Shown here: in pieces, positions 23,559 to 37,284 of the stretch | Numbering within the stretch: position 1 is the stretch's first letter | Layout of the letters: every line of letters starts with the position of its first letter | DNA from: Octopus sinensis | Lineage: Eukaryota | Assembly (NCBI RefSeq): GCF_006345805.1 | Contig: NC_043010.1 | Coordinates: 26,660,001-26,724,000 of the forward strand | Length of the DNA stretch: 64,000 nucleotides | Reading direction: 5' to 3' | Notes under the pieces: generated by a model | What the model was told of the DNA's origin: nothing | What the model saw: the letters and a program-made list of their open reading frames with translations, nothing else | The model's database searches: none | Program-made: the position numbers and the translations under genes

Positions 23559-24000
23559 GTATACATTATTTACATATGACTGATATTTGTCCTCATCTTG
23601 TTTGTTGTTAACACACAACATTTCGGCTGATATACCCTCCAGCCTTTATCAGGTGTCTTGGGGAAATTTCGAACCTGGGTTCTCATTCCTAAGGTATTTT
23701 TCAATGTTGTTGTTATTATTATTCAGGTCACTGCCCGGAATCGAACTCGGAATCTTGGGGTTAGTAGCCCGCACTCTTAACCACTGTGCCATATGCCCGT
23801 GGGCATATAATAATAATGATGATGATAATAACAACAATAACAACAACAACAACATTGAAAAATACCTTAGGAATGAGAACCCAGGTTCAAAATTTCCCCA
23901 AGACACCTGATGAAGGCTGGAGGGTATATCAACCGAAACATTGTGTTAACGACAACCAAGATGAGGACAAATATCCATCAAATGTAAATAATGTAAATAA
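23559..24000 (-). mobile_element. tRNA-headed, hammerhead-carrying SINE with inverted tail duplication (copy 1), 12-bp TSD AGTAGATGGTGT
   Basis: TSD at 23547-23558 and 24001-24012; the Helitron reading TVDGVVCNSFKEAA is restored on removal. tRNA-like head 23725-23798(-). Inverted arms about 23562-23720 and 23840-23995. Confidence 0.85.
23902..23947 (+). ncRNA. Minimal type-I hammerhead ribozyme (mirror copy 23612-23657 on -, with CTGATAA core)
   Basis: GACAC-CTGATGA-A-GGCTG-gagggtatat-CAACC-GAAA-CAT-T-GTGTT. Confidence 0.7.
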
Positions 24001-27000
24001 AGTAGATGGTGTTGTCTGCAACTCATTTAAAGAAGCTGCTCTCTTAGGAAATTTAATTCAAAATGATGAAGAATGGCACAGGGGAATAGATGAAGTATCC
24101 CTTACAGGTATGCCATTTCAGTTAAGACAATTGTCTGCTCTCATTTGCATCTTCAACACCCCAGCTAACCCTTCGCAGCTGTACCACCAGTTTGAGGAGG
24201 AGATGATTAAGGATTTCACAAGAATTAACACTCGAGAGGTGGCCATCCACAGAGCGTTAAATGATATTGGGTCAACACTGCGAGTACATGGGCTATGCTG
24301 CAGAGATTTGCATCTTCCAGTCCCAGCTGCAGCAGCCTTTCATGAAGTAGCTGTTGAAAAGAACAATGTTGAAGGATATTGAGTGGCACATTGCATCCTT
24401 CACTGAGGCTCAGCACCAGGTCTATGCACACTTTACTGCCACCATCAATGACGATGAAAGACAGAGTAGATTCTTTTTCCTCGATGTCCCTGGAGGGATG
24501 GGAAAGACCTACCAGTATAATAGATTGATAGCTTCTCTAAGAAGGTAAAACAAGTGTGTCCTTTCCTATGCTACTACAGGCATAGCTGCTGATTTGCTCA
24601 TTGATGGAAGGACTGTTTACAGTGGACTCAAGCTACCCATCCCATTGCATGATAGTTCCACCTCTCACATTAGAATCCCTTCTGAGTCATCTGAAAAATT
24701 AAAGCAGGCTCACCTTTTAATTATTGATGAAGCATCACTGTTATTATGCAATGCTCTGAGAGCCATTGATCTGCTTCTGAAGCAAGTAATGAATTCTTCC
24801 AAACCATTCGGTGGAAAAGTGCTGCTACTTGGTGAAGGCTTCAGACAAACTGCACCTATCACCCCAAGGAGATCCGATTCAGCAGTAATTGAGTCCTCAA
24901 TTAAGCAATCTCCTCTCTAGCATTTCATAACAAAACTCAGTTTGATAGAAAATATGCGCATGGCTGGACAAGATAACTTCAACAGGTGGCTTTTAGAGGT
25001 TGGAAATGGAACCCTCTCCAACAATGAAGGGCTGGAAGAAAACCTCATAAAAATTCTGCAAAACATGGTATCTACAAAGAACATTGTTAGAGAAGTTTTT
25101 GGAGAAGAATTATTACTAGACAATGATGAGGCAGTTGAAAGAGTGTCATCGACAATCATTTTGACACCTAAAAACAAAGGTTGTCTTCACATAAACATTG
25201 ACATAATGTCATTATTGCCTGGTGAGGCAACAATCTGCAGAAGCGTTGACACCATTGTTGAAGAAAATAACGAAGTTGTTATACATTAACCAGTGGAGTT
25301 TTTAAATTTGCTGACGCTTTCTGTGATGCTACCTCCATATATTGACCTTGAAGAGGCATTTGATAGTCATGTTGCCCTTCTTAATACCAGTAATTTCATA
25401 GGGTGTACTGGGTGCCTTTTTTCATGCTGCTGGCTCTAAGTGAGGTTGCTGAGTAACTTGCAAGACATGACAAGGAAAATGCCTCCCCAACAGAGTTTGG
25501 AGGTGGGGTGGTATTTGAGAGAGAGAAGGAAATAGCTTTATACCAGTTATTGGAAGACTATCATCATCATCGTCATCATCATTTAACGTTCGTTTTCCAT
25601 GCTGTCATGGTTTGGACGGTTTTTACCGGAGCTGACCAGCTGAAGAGCTGTTCAGGCTTCCTTTCTGTTTTCACTTGGTTTCTATGGCTGGCTACCCTTC
25701 CTAATGACAACCACTTTACAGAATGTACTTGGTGCTTTTATTCCGCACTAGCACAGGTGTTTTTTACATGGCATCAGCACCTACGAGTCCACAAAATAAG
25801 GGATGCTCAGCTGGAGAGGACTGCAGGAGAGGAGCCTGTATGCAAGAGCAACCATGCTGTTACTTAGCTTGACTTGATTTAAGTCTGACATAGGGTCGTG
25901 CACAGGTGTCTTGCTATAGAGGAGAAAATGGCTACCCTGCAGTATATAAGGGTAGGTGGGAGTAACTGGAAAGAAGACAATGATAGTGATATACCAGAGA
26001 CGCCACCTGAGTAGGCAAGGTAGGCAGTGCCTACCTTGAATAAAATAGATCAATAGTAACATTTTCCTTTTATGGCAAAATATGCATATAATTCAATAAA
26101 ACTGAAGGTTACTCTGATTATTATGCATAAAATACAAAATATTTTATTTTTTTGTAGATTAGGTAGGCATACTTCGCCCCTGCCTTTCAATCTCAGTATT
26201 AAAACTACATATAGTACTGCTGTAGTACACATGCTGCGTACATTCCTACAACAACATTTTCTTTATGTGCTATAAAGGCAGAAGTAAATCTGCCTCTAAC
26301 TCAGTCGTGCACCTATGTTTCGCTTATTTTGTTTAATGTTTTACTACATAAACGTCATCAACTGCCTACCCTGAGTAATTACTGACGGCACGTGCCTGTG
26401 ATATACATATGACAGGCTTCTTTCAGTTTCTGTTTACCAAATCTACTCGCTTTATTTTTGTTGGTTCAAGGCTGTTGTAAAAGACACTTGCTCAAAGTGC
26501 CATGCAGTGGGAGTGAACTGGAAAACCAGAAACCACATGGTTTGGAAGCAGGCTTCTTCCATCTCAATGCCATGTCTGTACCCCTATGTAAAATAAAATA
26601 GTCATCCCCCCACCACCACCACCACTACACTTTTTCATACTTTGATGCCATATAAGAAATGAAAAATTCTTTATCAGGGAAATTGGAACCCTGCTGTGAA
26701 TTAGAATTCAAGACATATGTGCAGGTCATCTTGGCAGCCTAACCATTCAGGTATGCCACTTGTTACCTTGGCAGATAGCTGATGATGCAGTGTGTGTGTG
26801 TGTGTGTGCATGCATACGCTTGTGTGTGTTAGTTCACCTACTCTTTTCAGGAGCCGTGTATGTCAGGTGACATTTTAAACTTTCATTGTTGATATTAAAT
26901 GATTTCAATGGAGACAATTTGTCTCTCCATGTTATTCAAAAATGACAAAGAAGAAACAGAAGTCTGAAAGAATGAAGCCTTTCTATAAGGTTTGTTGTTG

Positions 27001-27664
27001 CTGTTGTTGTTGTTGTTGTTATTGTTAAGAAATTTACCATTCACCTGCCCTCCACCCCACAAACATATACAAAACATGCTGCATTAAGTTCCCAATGGCC
27101 ATTAAAATGACTGAAAATACAAAATTCATTTTAGTCAGCTTGTGTTGAGTAAGATAGCAGACATGGATATACCACATTGTGGTGCTATCCCATGATTCCA
27201 TTGTAATATGGTTCCATTGTCGTATGGTTCTTTTGGAACTGGGCATTACCGCTCCAAGAAAGGAAATATGCAGAGTGATAGCAAGAATTATATATGTTGC
27301 AAGAAGCGAAAAACAAAGTTTCAGAACTGATTCCTTGTATCAATTGTGTGTGTGTGTGTGTCCATCTATCTGTCCATCCATCCGTCCTATCTCTCAAAAG
27401 AGGCCTACTGAATCCACGTATCCAGCATCCACGTATCCAGCATATCTTTCATTACATCTAATCTTCCAGGTTCTACTCAACCAACTTCAAACGCTTCTCA
27501 TTCAACCCCTCAAATCACACTTCAGTCTTAAAAAAAATTAGAGAAAACTCATTGAATAATGTAGTTCACTTCCTGAAAATGAGGATGAGATGGTCATGCT
27601 TGGAATGCTTTTGATCCTAGAGATTCTAGCCAATGTTTGTTATCAATTTCATTAAGTATGTTCT

Positions 27665-28095
27665 TTTTACTCTTTCACTCTTTTACTTGTGTCAGTCATT
27701 TGACTGCGGTCATGCTGGAGCACTGCCTTTAGTCAAGCAAATCGACCCCAGAACTTATTCTTTGTAAGCCTAGTACTTATTTCATCGGTCTCTTTTGACA
27801 AACTGCTAAGTTACGGGGACATAAGCACATCACCATCAGTTGTCAAGCAATGTTGGGGGGACAAACACAGACACACAAACATATACACATACATACATAG
27901 GCACACATACACACACACATTATATATATATACAACGGGCTTCTTTCAGTTTCCGTCTACCAAATCCACTCACAAGGCTTTGGTGAACGTGAGGCTATAG
28001 TAGAAAACACTTGTCCAAGGTGTCACGCAGTGGAACTGAACCCAGAACCATGTGGTGGGTAAGCAAGCTACTTACCACACACCCACTCCTGCACC
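27665..28095 (-). mobile_element. Family A SINE
   Basis: Full head-to-tail match to the family A consensus. Confidence 0.85.
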
Positions 28096-28717
28096 TCGTT
28101 AAATTTCTTCAAATATTTCTTACTACAAATCATTAATGACACAAATGAGCAAGGGAATTATTGGTTCAATCATCCATCTTTTATCTTTTTCTTGTTTCAG
28201 TCATTAGAATGTGACCATGCTGGGGCACCAACTTGAAGAAATTTTAGTGGAATGAATTGACCTCAGTACATTTATTTAATAGCCTGGTACTTATTTTATT
28301 GGTCTCTTTTGTCGAACTGCTAAGTTTCATGGACATAAACAAAACCAACTCCGGTTGTGAAGCAGTGGGTGGGGACGAACAAAGACACATAGTCACACAC
28401 ATGCATGCATACGTACTCACACACACACACACACATGTGCATGTATACACACATTTATATATATGTATATATATTACGGAGATGTACTTGCATAGCAAGT
28501 GACCTGATCTGAGATTGTTTGCTGGAACGAAAACAATTGCAGTGTGGAAGGTGTTTATAAGCCATTTAAGAAACAAAATTCCATGCAGCACGGAATTTTG
28601 TCAGTGAAAAGGTTGCAAATTAAATTTAAATGTGGAAGTGAATCTAACGGTTTTTGTGTGTTTATAAATGGCTTATAAACACCTTCCATGCTGCAATTAT
28701 ATATATATATATCCTTT

Positions 28718-28901
28718 TCATTATTTACATTATATACAATTGATGGATATTTGTCCTCATCTTGTTTGTTGTTAACATAACGTTTCGACTGATATACCCT
28801 CCAGCATTCATCAGGTGTCTTGGGGGAAATTTTGAACCTGGGTTCTCATTCCTAAGGTATTTTTCGATGTTGTTATGATTATTATTATTATTATTATTAT
28901 T

Positions 28902-28980
<79 letters not shown>

Positions 28981-29075
28981 TGACATCCTGGAACCAGACT
29001 CGAAATCTTGGGGTTAGTAGCCCATGCTCTTAACCATTAAGTAATGTACATAATTCCTCATCTCTTAAATATATA
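28718..29075 (-). mobile_element. tRNA-HHR SINE (copy 2), with HHR at 28773-28819(-)
   Basis: GACACCTGATGAATGCTGGAGGGTATATCAGTCGAAACGTTATGTT on the minus strand. Truncated head at about 28978-29037. Inverted tail piece AATGTACATAATTCCTCATCTCTTAAAT abuts the 5' end. Confidence 0.8.
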
Positions 29076-29251
29076 TATGTATATATACACGATAAGCTTT
29101 TTCAGTTTCCGTCTACCAAATCCACTCACAAGCCTTTGGTCGGCCCGAGGCTATAGTAGAAGTCACTTGCCCAAGGTGTTACACGGTGGAACTGAAACTG
29201 GAACCATGTGTTGATAAGGAAGCTACTTACTACACAACCACACTTGTACCT

Positions 29252-29310
<59 letters not shown>

Positions 29311-29314
29311 TCTC

Positions 29315-29725
29315 TTTTATTCTTTTACTTGTTTCATTCATTTGACTGTGACCATGCTGGAGCACTGCCTTTAGTCGAGCAAATTGACCCCAGGACTTAT
29401 TCTTTGTAAGCCTAGTACTTATTCTATCGGTCTCTTTTGCTGAACCGCTAAGTTACGGGGACGTAAACACACCAGCTTGACGGTTGTCAAGCGATGTTGG
29501 GGCAACAAACACAGACACACAAACATATACATACACATACACATATATATATATTTATACATATATACGACGGGCTTCTTTCAGTTTCTGTCTACCAAAT
29601 CCACTCACAAGGCTTTGGTCAACCCGAGGCTATAGTAGAAGACACTTGTCCAAGGTGCCACACAGTGGGACTGAATCCAGAACCATGTGGTTGGCAAGCA
29701 AGCTACTTACCATACAGCCACTTCT
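29315..29725 (-). mobile_element. Family A SINE
   Basis: Full-length match to the family A consensus. Confidence 0.85.
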
Positions 29726-29958
29726 ATGTGTATATATATATCCAAAAGAACCACACCCCAAGATGTAGAGCAGTATATATTAAAAATTGGAAAGGCCAGT
29801 TTATGGGATTACTCTAGGTTTCCCATCCATAAAGGGTTTAGCTTTATTTAAGAGGTCATGGCCCAACGGGATTTTGGGATCTGATGATACACCATAAAGC
29901 TAAACCCTTTATGGATGGGAAACCTAAGGTAATCTCATAAATTGGCCTTTCCTATTTT

Positions 29959-30023
<65 letters not shown>

Positions 30024-30177
30024 AAATAAATATAAGAGAGTGGTCACTATATGGCTCACTCTAGCACCAGTTAATCCAAAAGGTTTCAACCACAAAAATA
30101 CATGTTTCCCATGAAAGTCAGTACGATTGTTAGCTCACACGGACAGGGCAAATAAAAAATAACAAAAATACAGATTA

Positions 30178-30259
30178 TTTTGGGACAATTGTTTCGCTAT
30201 TAATGAATTAAATGTAATTTTACTTACAAAAAAATCCACTTGTAGCTCGTCAGCCAAAA
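30178..30259 (-). ncRNA. Type-I hammerhead ribozyme in a non-coding element (about 30025-30490) between (TA)n tracts
   Basis: TTTTGG-CTGACGA-GCTA[~45-nt loop]TAGC-GAAA-CAATTG-TC-CCAAAA. Canonical core, 6-bp stem I, palindromic stem III ACAATTGT, GTC triplet. Confidence 0.85.
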
Positions 30260-31069
30260 CTATCTGGATGAAATCCACTCAATCACACGCCAGATTTTAC
30301 CATAACGATAAATACGCGTGTGGTTCAATTGATTACATCCGACGTTATAATTCAAATGCCCCAACTAACAGCGCGCCAAACTTTCACGGAAAACAAATAC
30401 AGCATTTAGAAATAAATGCAGCATAATTATAATTAATTAATAAGGGTGAGAGAATTAGATACTAATTTAATAGTATATCCATTCAACATATATATATATA
30501 TATAGATGTGTGTGTGTGTAATGGGCTTCTTTCGGTTTCCAGTTTTCATCTACCAAATCTGTTCACAAAGTTTTGTGAGGCTATAGTAGAAGACACTTGC
30601 CCACGGTGCCACATGGTGGGACTGTTCTTGGGGTAGTGTGGCTGGGAAGCAAACTTCTTACTCCACCTGTGCCTTTAGATCAAGAAATTTGTTTTTATTA
30701 ATTATACTTTTAAATTTTATTTTAGAAATTTGCATGATGGCAGGGTCAGTAAATTATCAGCAGTTCCATGATGAGGGTCAGTGATATAAGAAATTTTCTG
30801 ACCCCTCTGCTAACCAATGGGTCCTTCACATTTTTGTTTTACAAGAGCTAGAGATGGTGGTTCTTTACCAATGTATGGAGTATGTCTTGTAGAATAGACT
30901 TATTGAAGAACCATCATCTCATACCACCTGTTACCAAAACTAAGATCTAACGGAAGACATTGGGGTCAAATACTGGAATAATTTTCTGTTGTATTCTGAT
31001 GATCCTTAGGAGAACTTGAGCTCAAATCAAAAGCACTCCATTGAGTGCTTTATGTTTCATTTATTGTTT

Positions 31070-31300
31070 CCCAATCTTTTCCAGCCCTCTCATTGTCTGG
31101 GGTTCTCTGAATGCATTCCAGTTCATGTCTCAAAATCATTGACCCATTCTTTCTTAGGTCCTCTCCTTCTCTTTTTAGCTTCTTGTTTCTAAACACAGTT
31201 GTATTTTCAAGTGACCCAGTCATACAACTAATGTTATAAAACCGCTGCATTTTCCTTTGTCCAGCTGTCTTGTTACTTCTATGAGTTTTCTCTATTATTG
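31070..31300 (-). mobile_element. Decayed RTE-type LINE 3' ORF fragment
   Basis: GSLENTTV... and, in another frame, RRRRGPKKEWVNDFE, resembling the RTE C-terminal KRxRGRPxxxW motif. Confidence 0.5.
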
Positions 31301-32149
31301 CTGTATTTTGAGAGGGTTGTACTGCAAATAAAAACACACACACTAGCTATGTTTCACTTCAATTATAGTATCAGTCATATAATTAATTAATTGATCAATA
31401 GTTTCATGACATATTCTGTCAAAGTCCTTTTGTCATAGCCTCTAACCTTATCAATGTCTGTGTGCCCCTCAAGCAGCCACTTCTCTTCATCACTTGTTCT
31501 CTTCCCAACCTATATATTAAGTTGTTCTAAGAATGACTGGTTGGTCTGGTTTTCCTTCTATGTAATGCCAAGAATTCTACAGAAACATCTAATTTTGAAG
31601 TCCAGCAATTTCATCTCAGTATTTTTTCATAGTATGAGCATGTCTCACATTCATCTTCATCATCATCATTTGACGTCCACTTTCCATGCTAGCATGGGTT
31701 GGATGATTTGACTGAGGACTGGCGAACCAGATGGCTACACCAGGCTCCAATCTTGATCTGGCAGAGTTTCTACAGTTTGATACCCTTCCTAATGCCAACC
31801 ACTCTGAGAGTGTAGTGGGTACTTTTATGTGCCACCGGCACGAGGGCCAGTCAGGCAGTACTGGCAACAGCCACGCTCAAATGGTGTTTTTTACGTACCA
31901 CCTGCACAGGAGCAAGTCCAGTGGAACTGGCAACAACCTCGCTCGAATGTTTTGTTCATATGCTACTGGCACAAGTGCCAGTGAGGCAACGCTGGTAACA
32001 ATCACACATGAATGGTGCTTTTTAAGTGACACTGGCATGGAAGCTAGTTAGCAGCTCTGGCAACGATCACACTCGGATGGTGCTCTTAGCACTCCACTAG
32101 CACAGATGCCAGTCATCGAATTTGAATTTCACTCAATGAATGAAGTTAC

Positions 32150-32700
32150 TTGTACAGTGTTCCTGCTGCTTAAACTAAAGTACTTATTTACAACCAGGTG
32201 GACTATCAGCAAGACTAAAGTCACAGACGCAGCAGTCCAAAGGCACTTGTAAATTGCAGTATGCTCCCACTGTTTACTGTAGCGAGTTCTACCTGGATGG
32301 TAAACCTCTTTACAGACAGGGAGACTGTGCCACTGAAAGTCAAGTAACTGCTTTCATCATAACCACAAGACACTCATGAATTGCATAATTCTCCCACTGA
32401 CTATAGCAGTGAGTTCTACTGACATGGGGGTACCTATTTATGGCCAGATAGTCTGCAAAAATAGAATAACTGCAATAACAAAACAGTTGTTAATTCCGCT
32501 ATGCTCCTGCTGTATACAGCAATGAGCTCTACCTAGATGGGAGACCTATTTACAGCTAAGTTGACTATGCCAGCAAGAGTAGAGTCACATACATGGCAAT
32601 CCAATAAGACATTCATGAATTCTAATATGCTCCTGCTTTTTACAGCAGTGAGCTCTACCAGTTGGGAGACCTCTTTACAGCCAGGTGGACTGTGAGAGTG
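32150..32700. repeat. Degenerate ~113-127 bp tandem repeat (4-5 units)
   Basis: ATGCTCC..CTG...GAG(T/C)TCTAC...ACCT.TTTACAG recurs at about 32261, 32388, 32501 and 32627. Confidence 0.6.
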
Positions 32701-32954
32701 TTTTGTAGTGTGTCCATGCGACAATCTGACAACTCTTACTGACACAGCCATGATATTCCATCAAACAACTGATTGATTACCTTCGTTAAAAGAGACCCCC
32801 CACCCCAACCCTTACTAATTATTGATTCTGTCCTCCCCCTCCACTCACCTCATCGTCCCCTCCTCCAACTGTCTCCGTATATATACGTGCATATATGTTG
32901 TATATATCTGTTTATTGTTGCCAATAGAAAAGGTTAAACAACAGCTGTGACCTT

Positions 32955-35600
<2,646 letters not shown>

Positions 35601-35854
35601 TGGTGTGTTTTTTTACCTTTTCATATGTCTTTATATTATTTTCCATAAAGAATGGTTTGGTTTCTGAGAGAGAAACCAAACTGTCAATGGAATTTAAATA
35701 ACAATAATGGTAAAATGTTCCATATTAAATTTTAGAAAAATTTTGCATATTTTCATTGTTTGACTTCTAAAATAAATTAACAAAATATGAATGTCATGAC
35801 GCCATTCTTTGTCTGAAGACCTCAGTTTTGAAGATTACTATTTAAGTTCCTTAA

Positions 35855-36350
35855 TGGTGTGCCACAACAAGCACCAATATGGTGTACTACAAGAGATATC
35901 AAGGTATACCACAAGAGATATTGAGGTGTACCACAAGAGATATTGAAGTGTACCACAAGAGATATGTAGGTATACCACAAGAGATATCAAGGTGTGCCAC
36001 AAGAGACATTGAGGTGTACCACAAGAGATATCGAGGTATACCATGAGAGATATTGAGGTGTACCACAAGAGATATCGAGATAAGTTTAAAGTGATTTCTT
36101 TTGTGCAGTAAACCATTTACTATTTCTGGCCTAAGCACATATTATTTTGCTTAATGGTTAATCCAGTGCTGTGTGTGAGCTATCAAGATGTGCCATGAGA
36201 GGAACCGAGATGTTCCATGGGGGGTACTGAGGTGTGTCACAAGAGGTACCTTAGTGTGCCATAAGAGGTACCAAGGCACACCATGAAATGTATTACGGTG
36301 TGCCACAAGATGTATCAAAGTGGTGTGATACAAAAGGTATCAAGATGTGT
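35855..36350. repeat. 22-bp minisatellite (GAGATATTGAGGTGTACCACAA), about 9 good copies plus a degenerate second block
   Basis: Units at 35881-36080; decayed units at 36180-36350. Confidence 0.85.
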
Positions 36351-36840
36351 TGTGGATTTAAAAAAAAATATGATTTAAGGTTTCAGAGAACCTGTACTGA
36401 TCCTTGAACATCTTAGAAAGGAGATCTTTCATAATTTTTTTATACCTTGTTTTTCCTTAGGCCTTCAGCTCCTCGATGGAGTCATAGGGGCACCATTTTA
36501 ACATTGATTGTGTCTTGGATATTTCTTTAGATCTGGTCGAGCCTATTTGATGGCGGTGGTGGTGGTGGTGGTGGTGGTGGTGGTGATGATGAACATTTTA
36601 AAACGGGATTCTTTTTAAAGTGTTCAGAAAAAGCAGAAATAGTTTTGTGTGGTTGTATTATTTTCATTTCTCACTCATTGAGTCTGGGGAAAACAGCAAG
36701 TCATCACCTGAAGGAAAAAAACATGAGCTGGGAGGAGAATCCAGATGGTCGCTGTTCTGAAGGGTGGGAGGAGCAAGGATTGGGTATAGTGGTTAGTGTA
36801 TGGCTGGTGGGAGGGAGAGAGCAAGATAGATGGGTGGATC

Positions 36841-37284
36841 AGGCGAGCTGGCAGAAACATTAGCATGCCGGACAAAATGCTTAGTGGTATTTCATCTGCG
36901 TTACATTCTGAGTTCAAATTCCGCCGAAGTCTTTGCCTTTCATCCTTTCAGGGTTGATAAATTATGTACCAATTACACACTGCAGTCGATGTAATCGACT
37001 TAATCCCTTTGTCTGTCCTTGTTTGTCCCCTCTATGTTTAGCCCCTTGTGGGCAATAAAGAAATAAGAAACGTTAGCACACCAGGTGAAATGCTTAGCGG
37101 TATTTCATCTGCTGTTAGGTTCTGAGTTCAAATTCCACTGAGGTTGACTTTGCCTTTCATCCTTTCGGGGTCGATAAATTAAGTACCAGTTATGCACTGG
37201 GGTTGATGTAATTGACTTAACCCCTTTGTCTGTCCTTGTTTGTCCCTTCTATGTTTAGCCCCTTGTGGGCAATAAAGAAATAAG
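36841..37284 (+). mobile_element. Family B SINE tandem dimer
   Basis: The second unit starts at GAAACGTTAGCAC (about 37067) directly after the first tail. GATGGGTGGATCAGG occurs on both flanks (about 36829 and 37284), consistent with a TSD. Confidence 0.75.

Larger units (their letters stand above)
22530..25360 (+). pseudogene. Helitron Rep/PIF1-helicase, decayed
   Basis: Rep HUH motif EFQKRGLPHAHLL and PYN..HVEIC..YIYKDIYK. Helicase motifs FFLDVPGGMGKTY, IIDEAS, FGGKVLLLGEGFRQ. Many stops and frameshifts; interrupted at 23559-24000. Confidence 0.9.

Noticed and set aside
23725-23798. Functional tRNA gene
   Set aside because: The acceptor and D stems are mismatched, and the sequence is the head of a repeated element.
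35855-36350. 22-bp repeats as a CRISPR array or coding repeat
   Set aside because: Head-to-tail minisatellite without spacers; 22 bp is not a codon multiple.
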